A program made the translations under genes and the position numbers. The notes under the pieces are model-generated. The model was not told where the DNA came from. It worked only from the letters and a program-made list of their open reading frames with translations, and ran no database searches. From Squalus acanthias (taxonomy: Eukaryota), in the NCBI GenBank assembly GCA_030390025.1, contig CM059432.1:17920001-17984000 (forward strand): DNA of 64,000 nucleotides. The letters run 5' to 3'. Shown one piece after another: positions 36,206-49,604 of this stretch; position 1 is the first letter of the stretch, and each line of letters begins with the position of its first letter.

Positions 36206-37340
36206 ATAGAATGGTTCCAGCACGGAAGGAGGCCATTCGGCCCGTCGAGCCTATGCTGTCTCTCTGCAAGAGCACCTCAGCTAGTCCCACTCTCCTGCCC
36301 TTTCCCCGTAGCCCTGCAAATATTTTTCTTTCAGGTACTTATCCAACTCCCTTTTGATAGCTGTGTTTGAGTCAGCCTCCACCATCCTTTCAGTCAGTGC
36401 ATTCCAGATCATAACCTCTCGCTGAGAAAAAAAGTTTTTTCTTATGTCACCTTTGGTTCTTTTGCCAATCACCTTAAATCTGAGTCCTCTGGTTCTTGAC
36501 CCTTTCACCAGTGGGAACAGTTTCTCTCTATCAAATCTCCTCTCAATCTTCCAAGGAGAACAACCCCAGCTTCTCCAGTCTATCCACGTAACTGAAGTCA
36601 CTCATCCCTGGAATTATTCTCGTAAATCTTTTCTGCTCCCTCTCTAAGGCCTTCACATCCTTCCTAAAGTGCGGTGCCCAGAATTGGACACAATGCTCCA
36701 GTTGAGGCCGAACCAGTGTTTTATACAGGTTCATCATAATTTCCACACTTTTGTACTCTATACCTCTATTCATGAAGCCCAGGATCCTGTAAGCTTTTTT
36801 AACTGCTTTCTCAACCTGTCCTGCCACCTTCAACGGTTTGTGCACACATACCCCCAGGTCTCTCTGTTCATGCACCCCATTTAGGATTGTAGCATTTAGT
36901 TTATATTTCCTCTCCTCATTCTTTCTACCAAAATGTATTAATAGGCTTGCCAGCAAAGTTGAAGCCCATGGAATAAAAGGGACAGTGGCAGCATGGATAC
37001 AAAATTGGTTAAGTGACAGGAAACAGAGAGTAGTGGTGAACAGTTGTTTTTCGGGTTGGAGGAAGGTATACAGTGCTGTTCCCCAGGTGTCGGTACTAGG
37101 AGCACTGCTTTTCTTGATATATATTAATGACTTGGACGTGGGTATACAGGGCACAATTTCAAAATTTGCAGATGACACAAAACTTGGAAGTATAGTAAAC
37201 AGTGAGGAGGATAGGGATAGACTTCAAGAGGACATAGACAGGCTGGTGGAATGGGCAGACATGTGGCAGATGAAGTTTAACACAGAAAAGTGCGAAGTGA
37301 TACATTGTGGTAGAAAGAATGAGGAGAGGAAATATAAACA
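36206..37340 (-). mobile_element. CR1 with inverted 5' segment (36939-37340 on + strand)
   Basis: Minus part starts IHFGRKNEERKYK; plus part runs RLASKVEAHGI..KFADD..IHCGRKNEERKYK. Confidence 0.88.
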
Positions 37341-37727
37341 CATAAATCTAGGCTGACACTCCAGTGCAGTGCTGAGGGAGTGCTGCACTGTTGGAGGTGC
37401 CGTCTTTCGGATGAGACGTTAACCTGAGGCCCCGTCTGCTGTCTCTGGTGGACATAAAAGATCCCATGGCACTATTTAGATGAAGAGCAGGGGAGTTATC
37501 CCCGGTGTCCTGGCCAATATTTATCCCTCAATCAGCAAAACAAAAACAGATTATCTGGTCATTATCACATTGCTGTTTGCGGGAGCTTGCTGTGTGCAAA
37601 TTGGCTGCCGCGTTTCCCACATTACAACAGTGACTGCACTTCAAAAGTACTTCATTGGCTGTAAAGCGCTTTGAGATGGCCAGTGGTCGTGAAAGGCGCT
37701 ATAGAAATGCAAGTCTATCTTTCTTTT
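37341..37727 (+). mobile_element. Deu-SINE lacking its tRNA head
   Basis: Matches 21020-21395. Confidence 0.9.
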
Positions 37728-38179
37728 CAAACAAAAAGAAAATAGTTTGATGTAATTTATTACTAAATATGTTGGTAGAAAATGGTATACTGAAATATTG
37801 AACTCTATTTATACTTTGTAAATCTAACATTACACACCATCCAGTCCACATTCCTTGTACGGTTATAGCTAGCTCAAATAAATAATTATTGGAAATATTT
37901 AATAAGAATTTCAGTTGACATCTCTGGGTTTCTCAGTTCCATGTTTAATACAGCTAACCTGCATTACCGATAAAAAAGGATTATTTTAATAATCGATTTT
38001 ATCAGTCCAGCACTCAAAAGTAAAATCCTTTTAATGATACATAATCCCCCTTCACCAACTCGACTGTAGTACTCCACAGAGGAAGTGATGCAGGAAGCAA
38101 GTTAGTAGTGCATCACTAACTGCATCAGGCATGATAAGAAAGTAACACAACCCACTATGTACAACTACGACAACAGACT

Positions 38180-38345
38180 CCTTGTATCACTGAATGGTAA
38201 TACAAGACTACCTCTGGAGCCCCCCAAGGATCGATTCATGGCCTTCTCCTCTTCCTCATCTACATGCTGTCGCTTGACAACGTCATCCAAAGACATGGGG
38301 TCAGCTTCCACATGTAGGCTGACGAAATCCAGCTCTACCTTTCCC
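38180..38345 (+). mobile_element. L2 LINE RT fragment
   Basis: PQGS..LFLIYML..HGVSFHM*ADEIQLY. Confidence 0.7.
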
Positions 38346-38348
38346 CAG

Positions 38349-39958
38349 CTAGCAAGCCACTCAGTTGTAACAAATCGCTATGAAACACAATAAGAAGAAT
38401 GAAACCGGACGGACCACCCGGCATCGACCTCGGTACAGGCTATGGACACGGCAACGACACACCCAGCCCAGTCGACCCTGCAAAGTCCTCCTCACCAACA
38501 TCTGGGAACTTGTGCCAAAATTGGGTGTGCTGTCCCACAGACTAGTCAAGCAACAGCCTGACAGTCATACTCACAGAATCATACCTTTCAGCCAATGTCC
38601 CAAATTCCTCCATCACCATCCCACCGGCAGAACAGACCCACCAGGGGCGGTGGCACAGTGGTATACAGTCGGGAAAGGAGTGGCCCTGGGAGTCCTCAAC
38701 ATTGACTCTGGACCCCATGAAGTCTCATGGCTTCAGGTCAAGCATGGGCAAGGAAACCTCCTGCTGATTACCACCTACCGCCCTCTCTCAGCTGATGAAT
38801 CAGTACTCCTCCACGTTGAACACCACTTGGAAGAAGTAATGAGAGCAGCAAGGACACAGAATGTACTCTGGGTGGGGGACTTCAACGTCCCCCCATCACC
38901 AAGAGTGGCTCAGTAGCACCACTACTGACCGAGCTGGCCGAGTCCTGAAGGACATAGCTGCCAGTCTGGGCCTGCGACAGGTGGTGAGAGAACCAACACG
39001 AGGGGAAAAACCTGCTTGACCTCATCCACACCAATCTACCTGTCGCAGATGCATCTGTCCATGACAGTATTGGTAGGAGTGACCACCACACAGTCCTTGT
39101 GGAGACGAAGTCCCGTCTTCACACTGAGGACACCCTCCATCGTGTTGTATGGCACTACCACCGTGCCAAACGGAATAGATTCAGAACAGATCTAGCAGCT
39201 CAAAGCTGGGCATCCATGAGGCACTGTGGGCCATCAGCAGCAGCAGAATTGTATTCCACCACAATCTGTAACCTCATGGCCCGGTATATCCCTCACTCTG
39301 CCATTACCATCAAGCCAGGGGACAAACCCTGTTTCAATGAGGAGTGTAGAAGAGCATGCCAGGAGCAGCACCAGGCGTACCTAAAAATGAGGTGCCAGCA
39401 TGGTGAAGCTGCAACACAGGACTACATATCTTCTATGTAAAAAAGTGGAAGCAGCATGCTATAGACAGGGCTAATCGATTCCACAATCAACGGATCAGAT
39501 CAAAGCTCTGCAGTCCTTCCTCATCCAGTCATGAATGGTGGTGGACCATTAAACAACTATCGGAAGGAGGAGGCTCCATGAATATCCCCATCCTCAATGA
39601 TGAGTGTGTACCATCTACAAGATGCACTGCAGCAACTCGCCAAGGCTTTTTCGGCAGCACCTCCCAAACCCGCAACCTCTTCCACCGAGAATGACGAGGG
39701 CAGCAGGCGCATGGGAACACCACCAACTCCAAGTTCCCCTCCAAGTCACACACCATCCTGACTTAGAAGTATATCGCCGATCCTTCATCGTCGCTGGGCC
39801 AAAATCCTGGAATGCCCTCCCTAACAGCACTGTGGGCACACGGACTGCAGAGGTTTAAGGCGGCGGCTCACCACCACCTTCTCAAGGGCAATTAGAGAGG
39901 GGCAATAAATGCTGGCCTCACCAGCAACGCCCACATCCCATAAACAAATTAAAAAAAA
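38349..39958 (+). mobile_element. CR1/L2-group LINE with AP endonuclease, RT removed by internal deletion
   Basis: LLITTYRP, WVGDFNV, LDL and GRSDHH endonuclease motifs; jump at ~39603 to the ORF2 C-terminus (PKSWNALPNS) and 3' tail. Confidence 0.8.
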
Positions 39959-39964
39959 GCTCTC

Positions 39965-40270
39965 TCGACTCCTCCACTTCCTTATGAGTACTAATATAGG
40001 AGTCTTAAAACAATTGGCTCAAAACACAAAGAGGATGCAAAGTAATGTATACTTCCAGCATTTGGGAAAGGAGGGAGGTTCACCAAAAGAATTTGGAAGG
40101 TAAACAAGAAGCTAGCAGCATTATGTGAGAACAGTGCTATCTTCATAAATAACTGGGAAACCTTCACGAATAAAATATACTGGTACAGGATAGGCTACAC
40201 ATAAACCAAGTAAGGACAAAGAGACTCACAACGAAGATTGAGACACAATAGAGAATCATTTAAACTTGAC
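39965..40270 (+). mobile_element. Probable decayed CR1 ORF1 (SGNH esterase) 3' end
   Basis: FINNWETF..Y..(DG)LHIN-like motif ending in catttaaact. Confidence 0.4.
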
Positions 40271-40529
40271 AAGTGAGGGAGGAAACAGGATCCCAAGATG
40301 CAAAACTGTCTCATAGAAGAGTAAAATTCCTCAGGGAAGCTTAGCTCTATTACATTTGATAGCTTTAGTGTCAGACATTAAGCGAGGTGGTGGTGTGACA
40401 GAGCTGCAAGCCAACATGCGGATGAGAACGATGTTGGGGCAAAGCATAGATCCTTTGAGGACTTCAGAGATGACAGTGTGAGATTGGGAAGAGAAGCCAA
40501 TGATAGAGATGCTCTGGCTATGACTAGAT

Positions 40530-41040
40530 CAGTTTCACCGCACCTCAGGAAAGATATATTGGCCTTGGAGGGTGTACAGAGCAGATTCACCAGAATGATA
40601 CTGGGGCTTCAAGGTTAAATTATAACAGGTGGCATAAACATGGTTTGTATTCTCTTGAGTTTAGAAGGTTGAGGTTTGATCTAATCAAGGTATTTTAAAA
40701 TGATCACATGATTTGATAGGGTAAAGAGAGAAGTTATTTCTTCTGGTGGGGGAATCCAGAACAAGGGGACATAACCTTAAAATTAAAGCTAGGCCATTTA
40801 TTGTAAAATTAGGAATTTTTACACAAAAGGGTAGTGGAAGTCTGGAAACCTCACCACCAAAAGGTTGTGGATGCTGGGTCAATTGAAATGTTCAAGACGG
40901 TGATCAATATATTTGTGTTAGGTAAGGTTATCAAGGAATACGAAGAAAAGGCAGGTAAATTGATTTGAGATACAGATCAGCCATGATCTAATAGGATGGC
41001 GGAACAGGTCAAGGGTCTGAATGGCCTACTCCTGTCCCTA
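40530..41040 (+). mobile_element. Old CR1 3' fragment
   Basis: ggccttggagggtgtacagagcagattcacc; 3' UTR gatcagccatgatct..gaatggcctactcctg. Confidence 0.85.
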
Positions 41041-41089
41041 CGATAGGTAAGAGTGGAACCAAGAGAGGGCTGTCCTATGGAACTGGACA

Positions 41090-41600
41090 AGAGGCGCGTT
41101 GGGGGAAGATGGTGTGATCAACTGTATTCAAGGCTGCAGAGAGATCGAAGAGGACAAGGAGGGATAATGAACCATTGACAGTCACAGAGACTATCATTCA
41201 TGACTGGTTGGGGATATTTCAATGCTGTGGAAGGGCAGAAAACTAATTGGAAGGATTCAAACAATGTGTTGTCGGAAAGCTAGGCACAGATCTGGGATGG
41301 AACACTTTTCAAGGACCTTGAGAAGGAAAGGGAGAGGGAAGATGAGACAGTAGTTGTGAGGATGGAACAGTTCTGGTTTTGGAGGAGGGGTGTGATGATA
41401 GCGGTTTTGAAAGAGAGCTGGCGGTAAAGGAACATTTACTCTATCAGCTAATATAGGGGCCACAAAGTGAAGCTAGGTGATCAAAATATTAGTGTAATGA
41501 AGCCAAGACAGCAAGAGATGGGTCTCATGGATGAGATGAGCTGAGAGAGGGCAGGGCGTGAAGGTGGGAGAAACTAGAGACGGGGTTCAGGACTTTCTTC
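41090..41600 (-). mobile_element. Old L2 RT fragment
   Basis: Reverse complement gives LPFLLKVLEK and LDLSAALNTVDH-like motifs. Confidence 0.6.
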
Positions 41601-41639
41601 ATGTATAAGTTTATACAGTGAGCAAGTTGTGATGGAGAA

Positions 41640-41822
41640 CAATCACAGCTGATCTGAATCCTGTCCTCACCAAACACACCCTCTCAGCAGGGCCCTGTTG
41701 GAAAGCAATGAGTTGGAACACAAGCTGAATTGCCACTCCCAAAAGCCAGTAGTAGCACCTCAGCTAACAACTGGTCTGACAGGCTCAGCTACTCTGCCTT
41801 AACTAGTTGAACCATCAGGGGA
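41640..41822 (-). mobile_element. Old SINE-like repeat fragment
   Basis: Resembles 1215-1340 and 2155-3130. Confidence 0.4.
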
Positions 41823-44800
41823 TCCAGCAGAAGAAACTGATGCAATGAGTTTGGTGTTGAGCCACAAGCAGCATTTGGTAATATCCTTCAGAAATATGAA
41901 ATATCTGCTCAACCAGAACAGTGAAATATTGGTCATCAGTAAGGATTGGAAAACGAGAACCTTCATTATTTCTATTTTCTTAACTAGCAATGGTTAAATA
42001 TTCTGATCCTGCTACTCCAATTAAGATATAAACATTATTGCAAGGACTATTTGGGCTTGGGAGGTCTGTTTACAGCAAGATTTAAAATTTTGTCTTCATG
42101 AATTTTTGGTTAAGTTCACAGTGCAGTTACTGTGTCATAACATGCCCCTCACAGACTGTTAAAAATTCATTTTACTCACTTGTTCTTTACCTCCTTAAAT
42201 ACACAAAGAGTCACTTTTTTTTTACAGGAATGGTTTTGTTTAATTGAGAGCTCTATAATTACTTAGATTTAATCTTAGAAAGTCATACTGCAAGTGCTGC
42301 AAAATGTGTGCAACTGGCTTCTGTACAAGTAGGCGTAGAGCAAAGTAATGTTAAATGCATGACAAATATACTGATGTTCTGCATTAACATAGGAGTGGCA
42401 CTGGAGAAAAGCAGTGTGGCAGCAGTGGGATGTAGGTATTTGTTCATGATCGCCTACATGGGCTGTCAACAATCTCTCAGGATAGGAACGGAGTGGAAGC
42501 CATATGCTTCCTACAAGGACGGTGAGGAAAAAGTTGAAAGGGTAATTCCTGGATTTTGTCCAGACTGAAATATGCTCCAACCAAACAGCAGCAGCAGCAG
42601 AAGTGCTTTCTCAAAAGCTTCTCGGCAGTTACAGGTGGTGTTCAAGAGTGCTCACTCAATTTGGATGCAAGTTTTGAACAATGTCATCTGTCACCCCCAG
42701 CACAACCACAGCAGGCAGGGATGGGACTAAGAGGAAGAGCGGAGAAAATGCTGCAAATGTGATACAAGCAGCTTATGCAAAACAATTGCTACACGCTTGC
42801 ATATACAGGGAAGAGGAGGTTTTGCGCCCTTTTAGTTGCCTCGAGCCATGCACAAACCCTCATGGAAATGATGCGGATTCTCATACATCAAATTTGAAAA
42901 AAATTAAATGTTACTTTACTCACTGGTAGTCCAGAATCTGAAGCTTGGTGGTGACTTTCAGCTGCTAATCTGACCTGCTGCTTTTAAGGCAACTCAAATA
43001 CTCCCCCCGTAGGGAAGTGGTATAAACAGAAATATCCAGGTAATCGCAGCTGCTCGTAAATTTCTGCTCTAGGCCATAACAGCCCATTATGAAATGAATG
43101 GCTTTTTAGAAAAGTTTTTCATCTCTAACGAAGGGAACTAGATACAAAACTTTAATATAGATTAAAGCTCTTGGTGCAACATAATTGGAATTTACAGAAT
43201 TTAAAAAACAAACAATAAATTGTTGAAAATGAGAGCCCTTTTTTATTTACCTTGCTGGAGGTGAATTCATCAAATTGCAATTACAACTTTTTTGTACATC
43301 AAAAAGTGTTCATTAAAAAAAAAAATCAGAGTTTGACATAAGACAACACTTTATAGTCTACAAAAAACTATTAAAGGGCTAGATCTCAATTCGCAGCCAC
43401 ACTGAGCTCCATCTAAGAACAGCTGAACGAGTTCAGATTAATCTTTAAATTGGACAAGTCCTTCGGTGTAGTAGATTTCATCTTTTTCTTTCATTTCTCC
43501 AAAAAACATGAATGCAATTTCCAGAGGATGTTTCTTTCTCTACAGTGGTTCTATCTGTGCAGTGCAGACTGTAGGACTTTGGGAACAAATTAATAGAGTA
43601 TGTGCAGCTATCATTCAGGAATACATTAAAAGTGGATGCTTGGGTTATTGAATACAACTATGCAATAACATTCTATTAATACATTTCAAACCATTTTTAC
43701 AGGTAGACAGAGAAAAAGCATTTTATTCATCTTCTATTAGCTAACTATGGGTATTTCATTTTCTCTTTGTCCATGTGGTATTTTTTTTGGGGGGGGGGGG
43801 GGGTGTGAGAGGAATTGGTGTTGCAGCTTCAATACAAGTTAATGCTATTCAAAATGATCCAAAGCAAAAATGTTCCTATTCAGAGGGCAGTTATGGTTAG
43901 TATTTTTGTTGTTCTCTAATGGAACAATGGAGATGTCGAAACAGACCACACCCTTTAAAGTACACAATTTAGTTCAATCAGCCGCGAATCATTATTGGAA
44001 CATAATGACAACCCAGCTTTTCACTCACTTCCCCTCCCGCAGAAATACACAGGCACTTACGTTTCAATAAAAGATTGGCACCTGGGCTCAAACTAGCAGG
44101 ATTTATAATTTTATACACTGAAAGATTAAGTATTTTTCCTGCAGGCCTTTATTGCAGACACTCTGTAAAACTCTGCCGTACAGTTGGCGTCTGTGTACTC
44201 AACACCATTTAAACCATTCTAATGCACACATTTAAAATGTTTATTTGTTATAAATGCTATTTTGATAAACTGAAGGCCACAGTGCTTAAAAGCAGAGGTT
44301 TGCTGTGCGATACTTTGGGCACAAAAATAAGGGCTAATTTAACACACCACTTCTAGCACAGGGCAAGACTGCCCACCAATACTATGGCTACCAACTCTTC
44401 TAGGCTTATTAGTTTGTAATCTGTTTATGGACAAGTGAATGGTTTTATCTCAGATGCAAACGAAAATGAATACTGAATATATTTACAAAATAGATATATC
44501 CTAAACTTCTGGTGGTCACTAAACTTGACTGTTCAGTTCATACAAGACTGAATAATGGCACGAGTTCATTCGTCAACTAAGTTAGCTAGTTGAGCAACAG
44601 AAAGAAAAAGCCACTTCAGACAAAATGGTGAGATATCATTTAGCTACTGGATCTTAAATTCTGCCCGAGTACATTAGCACCCAACAGTGCCGTGGGAGTA
44701 ACTTCGCCACACAGACAGCAGCGGTTCAAGAAGACGGCTCACCACCACCTTCTCAAGGGCAATAAATACCTGGCATGCCCACATCCAAACCTCTGAAATA

Positions 44801-46581
44801 TTTGGCATCCTTCCAGCTGACCACAGGTTTTCAGTCAGTCATTCATTAAAGGGCTATAGATAAAACCAGGTAAGCAGATTTCCTGGATACACCCCAGTTA
44901 TTTTGAAAAGTCATCTCCTCTCAAAGTCTCCGAATCTTATCGGGATACATCGGCACGGGTAGCCCTCCAGAATGTTCTTCATGTGCGTGCCTAGGCAATA
45001 AGAGGCGAGAGGCTATTCCGTTTGAGACCTGGTTATATATTAGTTTATGCTCCCTTTGATGCAATGCCATGAGACATTCACTGGGTAACAGAGCCTATTC
45101 CACCACACAAAATGCTTCGCTTTTGAGGGCTATTAGCAAAGATGGGGTATACTACTGTCATTTCAGTCTACAATTATGCAAAATACTAAGACTGTGAGAC
45201 AAAGAATAGACTGTCAGTTTCTTCAGGGAATATATTTTCAACTAAACACAAAGAAATTAAAAGGATGTTGAGGCAAATCTGGTTAACTTCAATGAGCCTG
45301 CAGTACATAATTAAACTGTTGCACGTTGTGAAAAATTCATGCAAATGTAGCAGTTTACATACAGTATTTAATTCATTTTTCTTTCAATATGTTCCTTATG
45401 AGCTCTGCTTCTCCCTGTGAAATCCTCCTTAACCACAAGGGTGGGGAACTATGAACTAAATGCTTCTCCACAATCTTTCAACAGGAAGTGCAATTCAAGT
45501 GAAGCCAGTTTGGTTCTCACAGCTGCTTCCCATTCTGGTCCCAAATGGCATTGTACCACAATGTGACACACCATCTAAACTCATCCCATTAATGAGCCCG
45601 AGTTAAGAGGGAGTGCCCGGGACTCTCAACTGTGCCCGTCAAAGGAAGTGAGGTTTCAGTCATGCTGGGCAAGGTGCGAACCTACATGTATGCTGAATGC
45701 TTAAAAGCTTTATGCAAAACAACGCAGTTGTGGGAACAGTATTGTTTCTACTTTGAACAAAAATAAACCAAATTTCTTACTCTTATTTTCTCATTCATGT
45801 CTGTTCATTTCTTACCTTGTTGTAGTCTGGCCAGAAAATGGTATTATTCTTCCCTTTCCTTTTAAGTTGCTAAATGCTGCATTAGTTGTACTAATTATAT
45901 GGAGTTTGCTACAACAGGGTAACAATTAATGTGCTTAAATAACCAAACAAACTCAAATCCCCAGGTTTGATCACATATTAAAAAAAAGTCAGTCTATTTC
46001 AAATCCAGGCAAAATGCCCACTATTATTTAAAGCAAACTACTGTATTAAAAAGAGGGACAGAGGTTTGTGGTGGTGCCAAAGCCCCAACCATGAAGCTGT
46101 TTAATTCACACTAATTCTTTCACTTTCTGTTCATAAAAAAAACAAAACTAAGAAAGGAAGTGTTTAAATTGATCTAGAGCTCTGAAGACTATGAACACTT
46201 ACTACCGTGACAGGCGCTGATTAATGGGGTAACTTCATTAATAAAATGTGTGAGTTGATAGTCCAAGGATGCCAGCAGAGTGGGAACTCTGTTTGCAATC
46301 ATTTGGCCTGGTCTTCCCCGTATTATAGCAGGAGTGGCCTGTGAGCAGTTTAGTGGTACCATATGGTCGGGTACAACCAATCCTCCATGTCAAAAAGAAC
46401 ACTGTGCGCACACGTCCATTAAATTAAATAACTGAAAAATTGTGGACAAGTGGTTAGCAACAGAAAGCACAGTCCTGATTTTGGCCTTCTGTACTGGCCC
46501 CATTTGCAGCTCACGATCAGACAAGAAATTCATGTGCGCAGTACCATCTTCCTACTTCAGTGCCCATTTTCCCCTTTACAT

Positions 46582-47032
46582 AGAAAGAACTAACTTGCAT
46601 TTATATAGCCTTTCACAACCTCAGGACATTCCAAAGCACTTCACAACCAGTGAATTACTTTTGAAGTGTAGTCACTGTTGTAATGTAGGGAAACGTTGCA
46701 GCCAATTTGCACACAGCAAGCTCCCACAAAAAGCAATGAGATACATGACCAATCTATTTTTTTTTTTTTAAAGTGATATTGGTTGAAGGACAAATGTTGG
46801 CTAGGACACCAGCAGAACTCCCTTGCTCTTCTTCGATTAATGGTATAGGATATTTTACACCCATCTGAGAAGGCAGACGGGATCTGAAAGATGGCACCTT
46901 CCGAGTGCAGCACTTCCTCAGTACTGCACCGAGGAGTGAGCCGAAATTATGTGCTCAAGTCTTAGAGCGGGGCTTGAACCCACGACCTTCTGACTCAGAG
47001 GCAAGTGTGCTACCAGTGAACCACAGCTGACA
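46582..47032 (-). mobile_element. Full-length Deu-SINE
   Basis: Head at 47032 (gtcagctgtggttcactggtagcacacttgcctctgagtcagaagg), Deu domain, tail at 46582. Confidence 0.9.
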
Positions 47033-47116
47033 GATCTACATATTCACTGGGAATATATTTTTTTGTCTACTTCTACATTCCCCCATCAAAAAAAAACTCA
47101 GAATCCAAAAGTAATT

Positions 47117-47859
47117 GGCCCGAAAATTAGACCTAATACGCGAGAGTACGCACTGTGTACTCTCGCGTTTTAGGTCTCCAATTGCCGGTTTCCAGCATGC
47201 ACTGCGCATGCGCGGGAAACCGGCACTTGGTGAATTCAAAAGGGGGCGGTTCCTAGGTGAACCGCGTGCGCGCTACAGGCTGCGCGCACACAGTGCACTT
47301 AGTGCTTTGAACGTGCAGGTAAGCATGGAAGATTTTACACAAAGAAAGGAGGCGTAAGACCCTCTTTTAACAAGGTAAGTAGTTAATTAAGTATTATTTA
47401 AATTTTTTTTCAACAGGTTTATCTTTTTTATAGACTTTAAAGAAAGGTAAGTTTATTTTTATAACTTTTAAAAAGATTTTAAATTTTTTCAAAAATTAAA
47501 TTTTTTGTTTAAAGTGGTTAATTTATTTAACTATACTTATTTTATTAATGTGATGGCTTTTAAAAAAAATTTAATTGAGGTTTAGCTGTTCTTTTGGGGG
47601 GGTATATTATTCATAGCTTTGACAGGTCTTCCTGTCAAAACTATGAATGAAAGATGGTGTGCTGCCATTGGCTCTAACTGAATCACGTGATCCCAGAGCT
47701 CGCACGAACTAACTCCGTCTCTGGGTCATGCAAGCACTGCACAGCTGCAGCCTTGAAACTAAAGTTCGTGTGGGCCCGGAGGAAAAAGGAAGGCACGGAG
47801 TGAGATATCGCGGGGAAGCCTTACCCCCGCGTCAACACTCAGTCTTTAATTTCTGGGCC
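47117..47859 (-). mobile_element. Harbinger-type MITE, inverted sister of 27858-28622
   Basis: TIRs GGCCCGAAAATT / AATTTCTGGGCC; TSD ATT/ATT; collinear in reverse. Confidence 0.88.
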
Positions 47860-49453
47860 ATTGTGCATTACAGAGCAATTCTTCACAGTTTTAATCTAAC
47901 ATTTTCTTGCAACAGGACCCAAAATTAGGTAGCTTGATGCCTTAAAAACATAGACCTAGCCTAAAATGGTTTGAAATCTCCCTTCCCCAATCAACACGAC
48001 AGAACAAACCCTTAAATGATAGCACTATTAGCACCATTACCCCAAATCGCAAACTTAGATCAAGTCTATGGTGCTGCATTTGTCAATCAAAGCACTGTGT
48101 AAAAAAGTAAAGGGAAAATATTTCCTGTTTGTGCAAAGCTGTAGCATCCTTTGGGGAGGGTGGGCGAAGAGTAAATAATGGGTGAATTATACTGTCATGT
48201 TACATCAGTCATCGTTATGAGTAGAAGGTACAGTAATGCATACAGTGAAACCCTACACAGCTACTTTTCAAAAATGTGCAAAAAAACTTCCACGCTTTCT
48301 TAAATCACCGTAGTTGCCTTTTGGTAACTTAAAAAAAAGTTACATAATGTCAATCGGTGTGATTTCAAGTGATGCTGGATCACTTTGTACTGCAATGTTT
48401 AAACATGGTTTGACTTCAAACTACATCTATGAATATGTATGCATCAATAATTAATAAAATTGAACAGAACAGCTGTATTACTGAATGTCTGTTGACTGTT
48501 GAAGCAGGTGGCCAGAAAATGCTTCTGTTAAGGCATACTGCATATATTTGAGGAAAAGGTGCATGCGGCTGTTAGATGATAGATGTCTCATTTGTCTTGC
48601 TCCAGCAACTTAGCCAACATCTAATAAATACAAAGTTTTCAGATGGCAATTTCCTGAAAATCTCTCTCTAGAGTTTGTGAAAAATGTAAACTGCTTCTAA
48701 ATGAACAAAATTGCAGGCTGTGATTTTGAACGATTGGTTTTTTTTGGGGGGGGGGGGAGAAAGAGGGGAATTCTAACAAAAACATATACAGGTTCCATTT
48801 AGGTGGGATAAATGGAACCAATAATGCCACATCTCAATGGCATCATGGGATAGTTTAGCGGCTTGCTTTTTTTCTAAAAACATTCTGATCTGAGTTTCAA
48901 AGCACAAGGTATATGCATCATTCTACTTAGCACGATCTCTGCAATTATATGTGCAATATGCAAAATAAGGTACCTTTGTTTAATGATCATGATTTTTGAT
49001 ACTTTTATTACCATAACAATATTGTAGAGGAGATTATGCCAAATCCAATAACGATACAACATGGCCTTTCTTTCAGAGGGCAAAGAATTCTCAACTCATA
49101 GGTCTCCCCAGGCTCTGCACTGACTGTGGCCAAGGGGGCATGTTGGACGATCTCCCAGTGTCACTCCCTTGGACACTAGGATGTGCACAAGAATGGGTGG
49201 ATGTTAAGTGTTTCTAATCTCCCCTCCTCTCTATCGCACACCAGGTGCGTGTCGACAGGAAAGAAAGAAAGAAGAAAGAGATAAATACGTATCTATTTAT
49301 CTATCTCAGGAACTCTGTGAAGTGGCAGATTGTAACTGCATTCCACCATTGTTGTGTGCTGTAAGTTGATGCTCCAACTTGTTATGCAACCATACTATCA
49401 CGCCATACATCGTGTCTAAAATGTGAATAGTGATTACAAAGTTTAAAGAACAC

Positions 49454-49604
49454 GGCTTAGATATTCGGGCGTGCCAAATATTGGGCCGTTGATTTTTTGG
49501 CCTTTACCAATATATGAGGGTGCACTTCCTGCCTGCCATATTGGGAGCTTAGAAGGCCGTTCAGTGCCTGAAAGACAGGCACTGCTTGGTCGAATTTCTA
49601 AGCC
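49454..49604. mobile_element. 151-bp Harbinger-type MITE
   Basis: TIRs GGCTTAGATATTCG / CGAATTTCTAAGCC; TSD CAC/CAC; internal hairpin cagtgcctg-aaaga-caggcactg. Confidence 0.75.
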
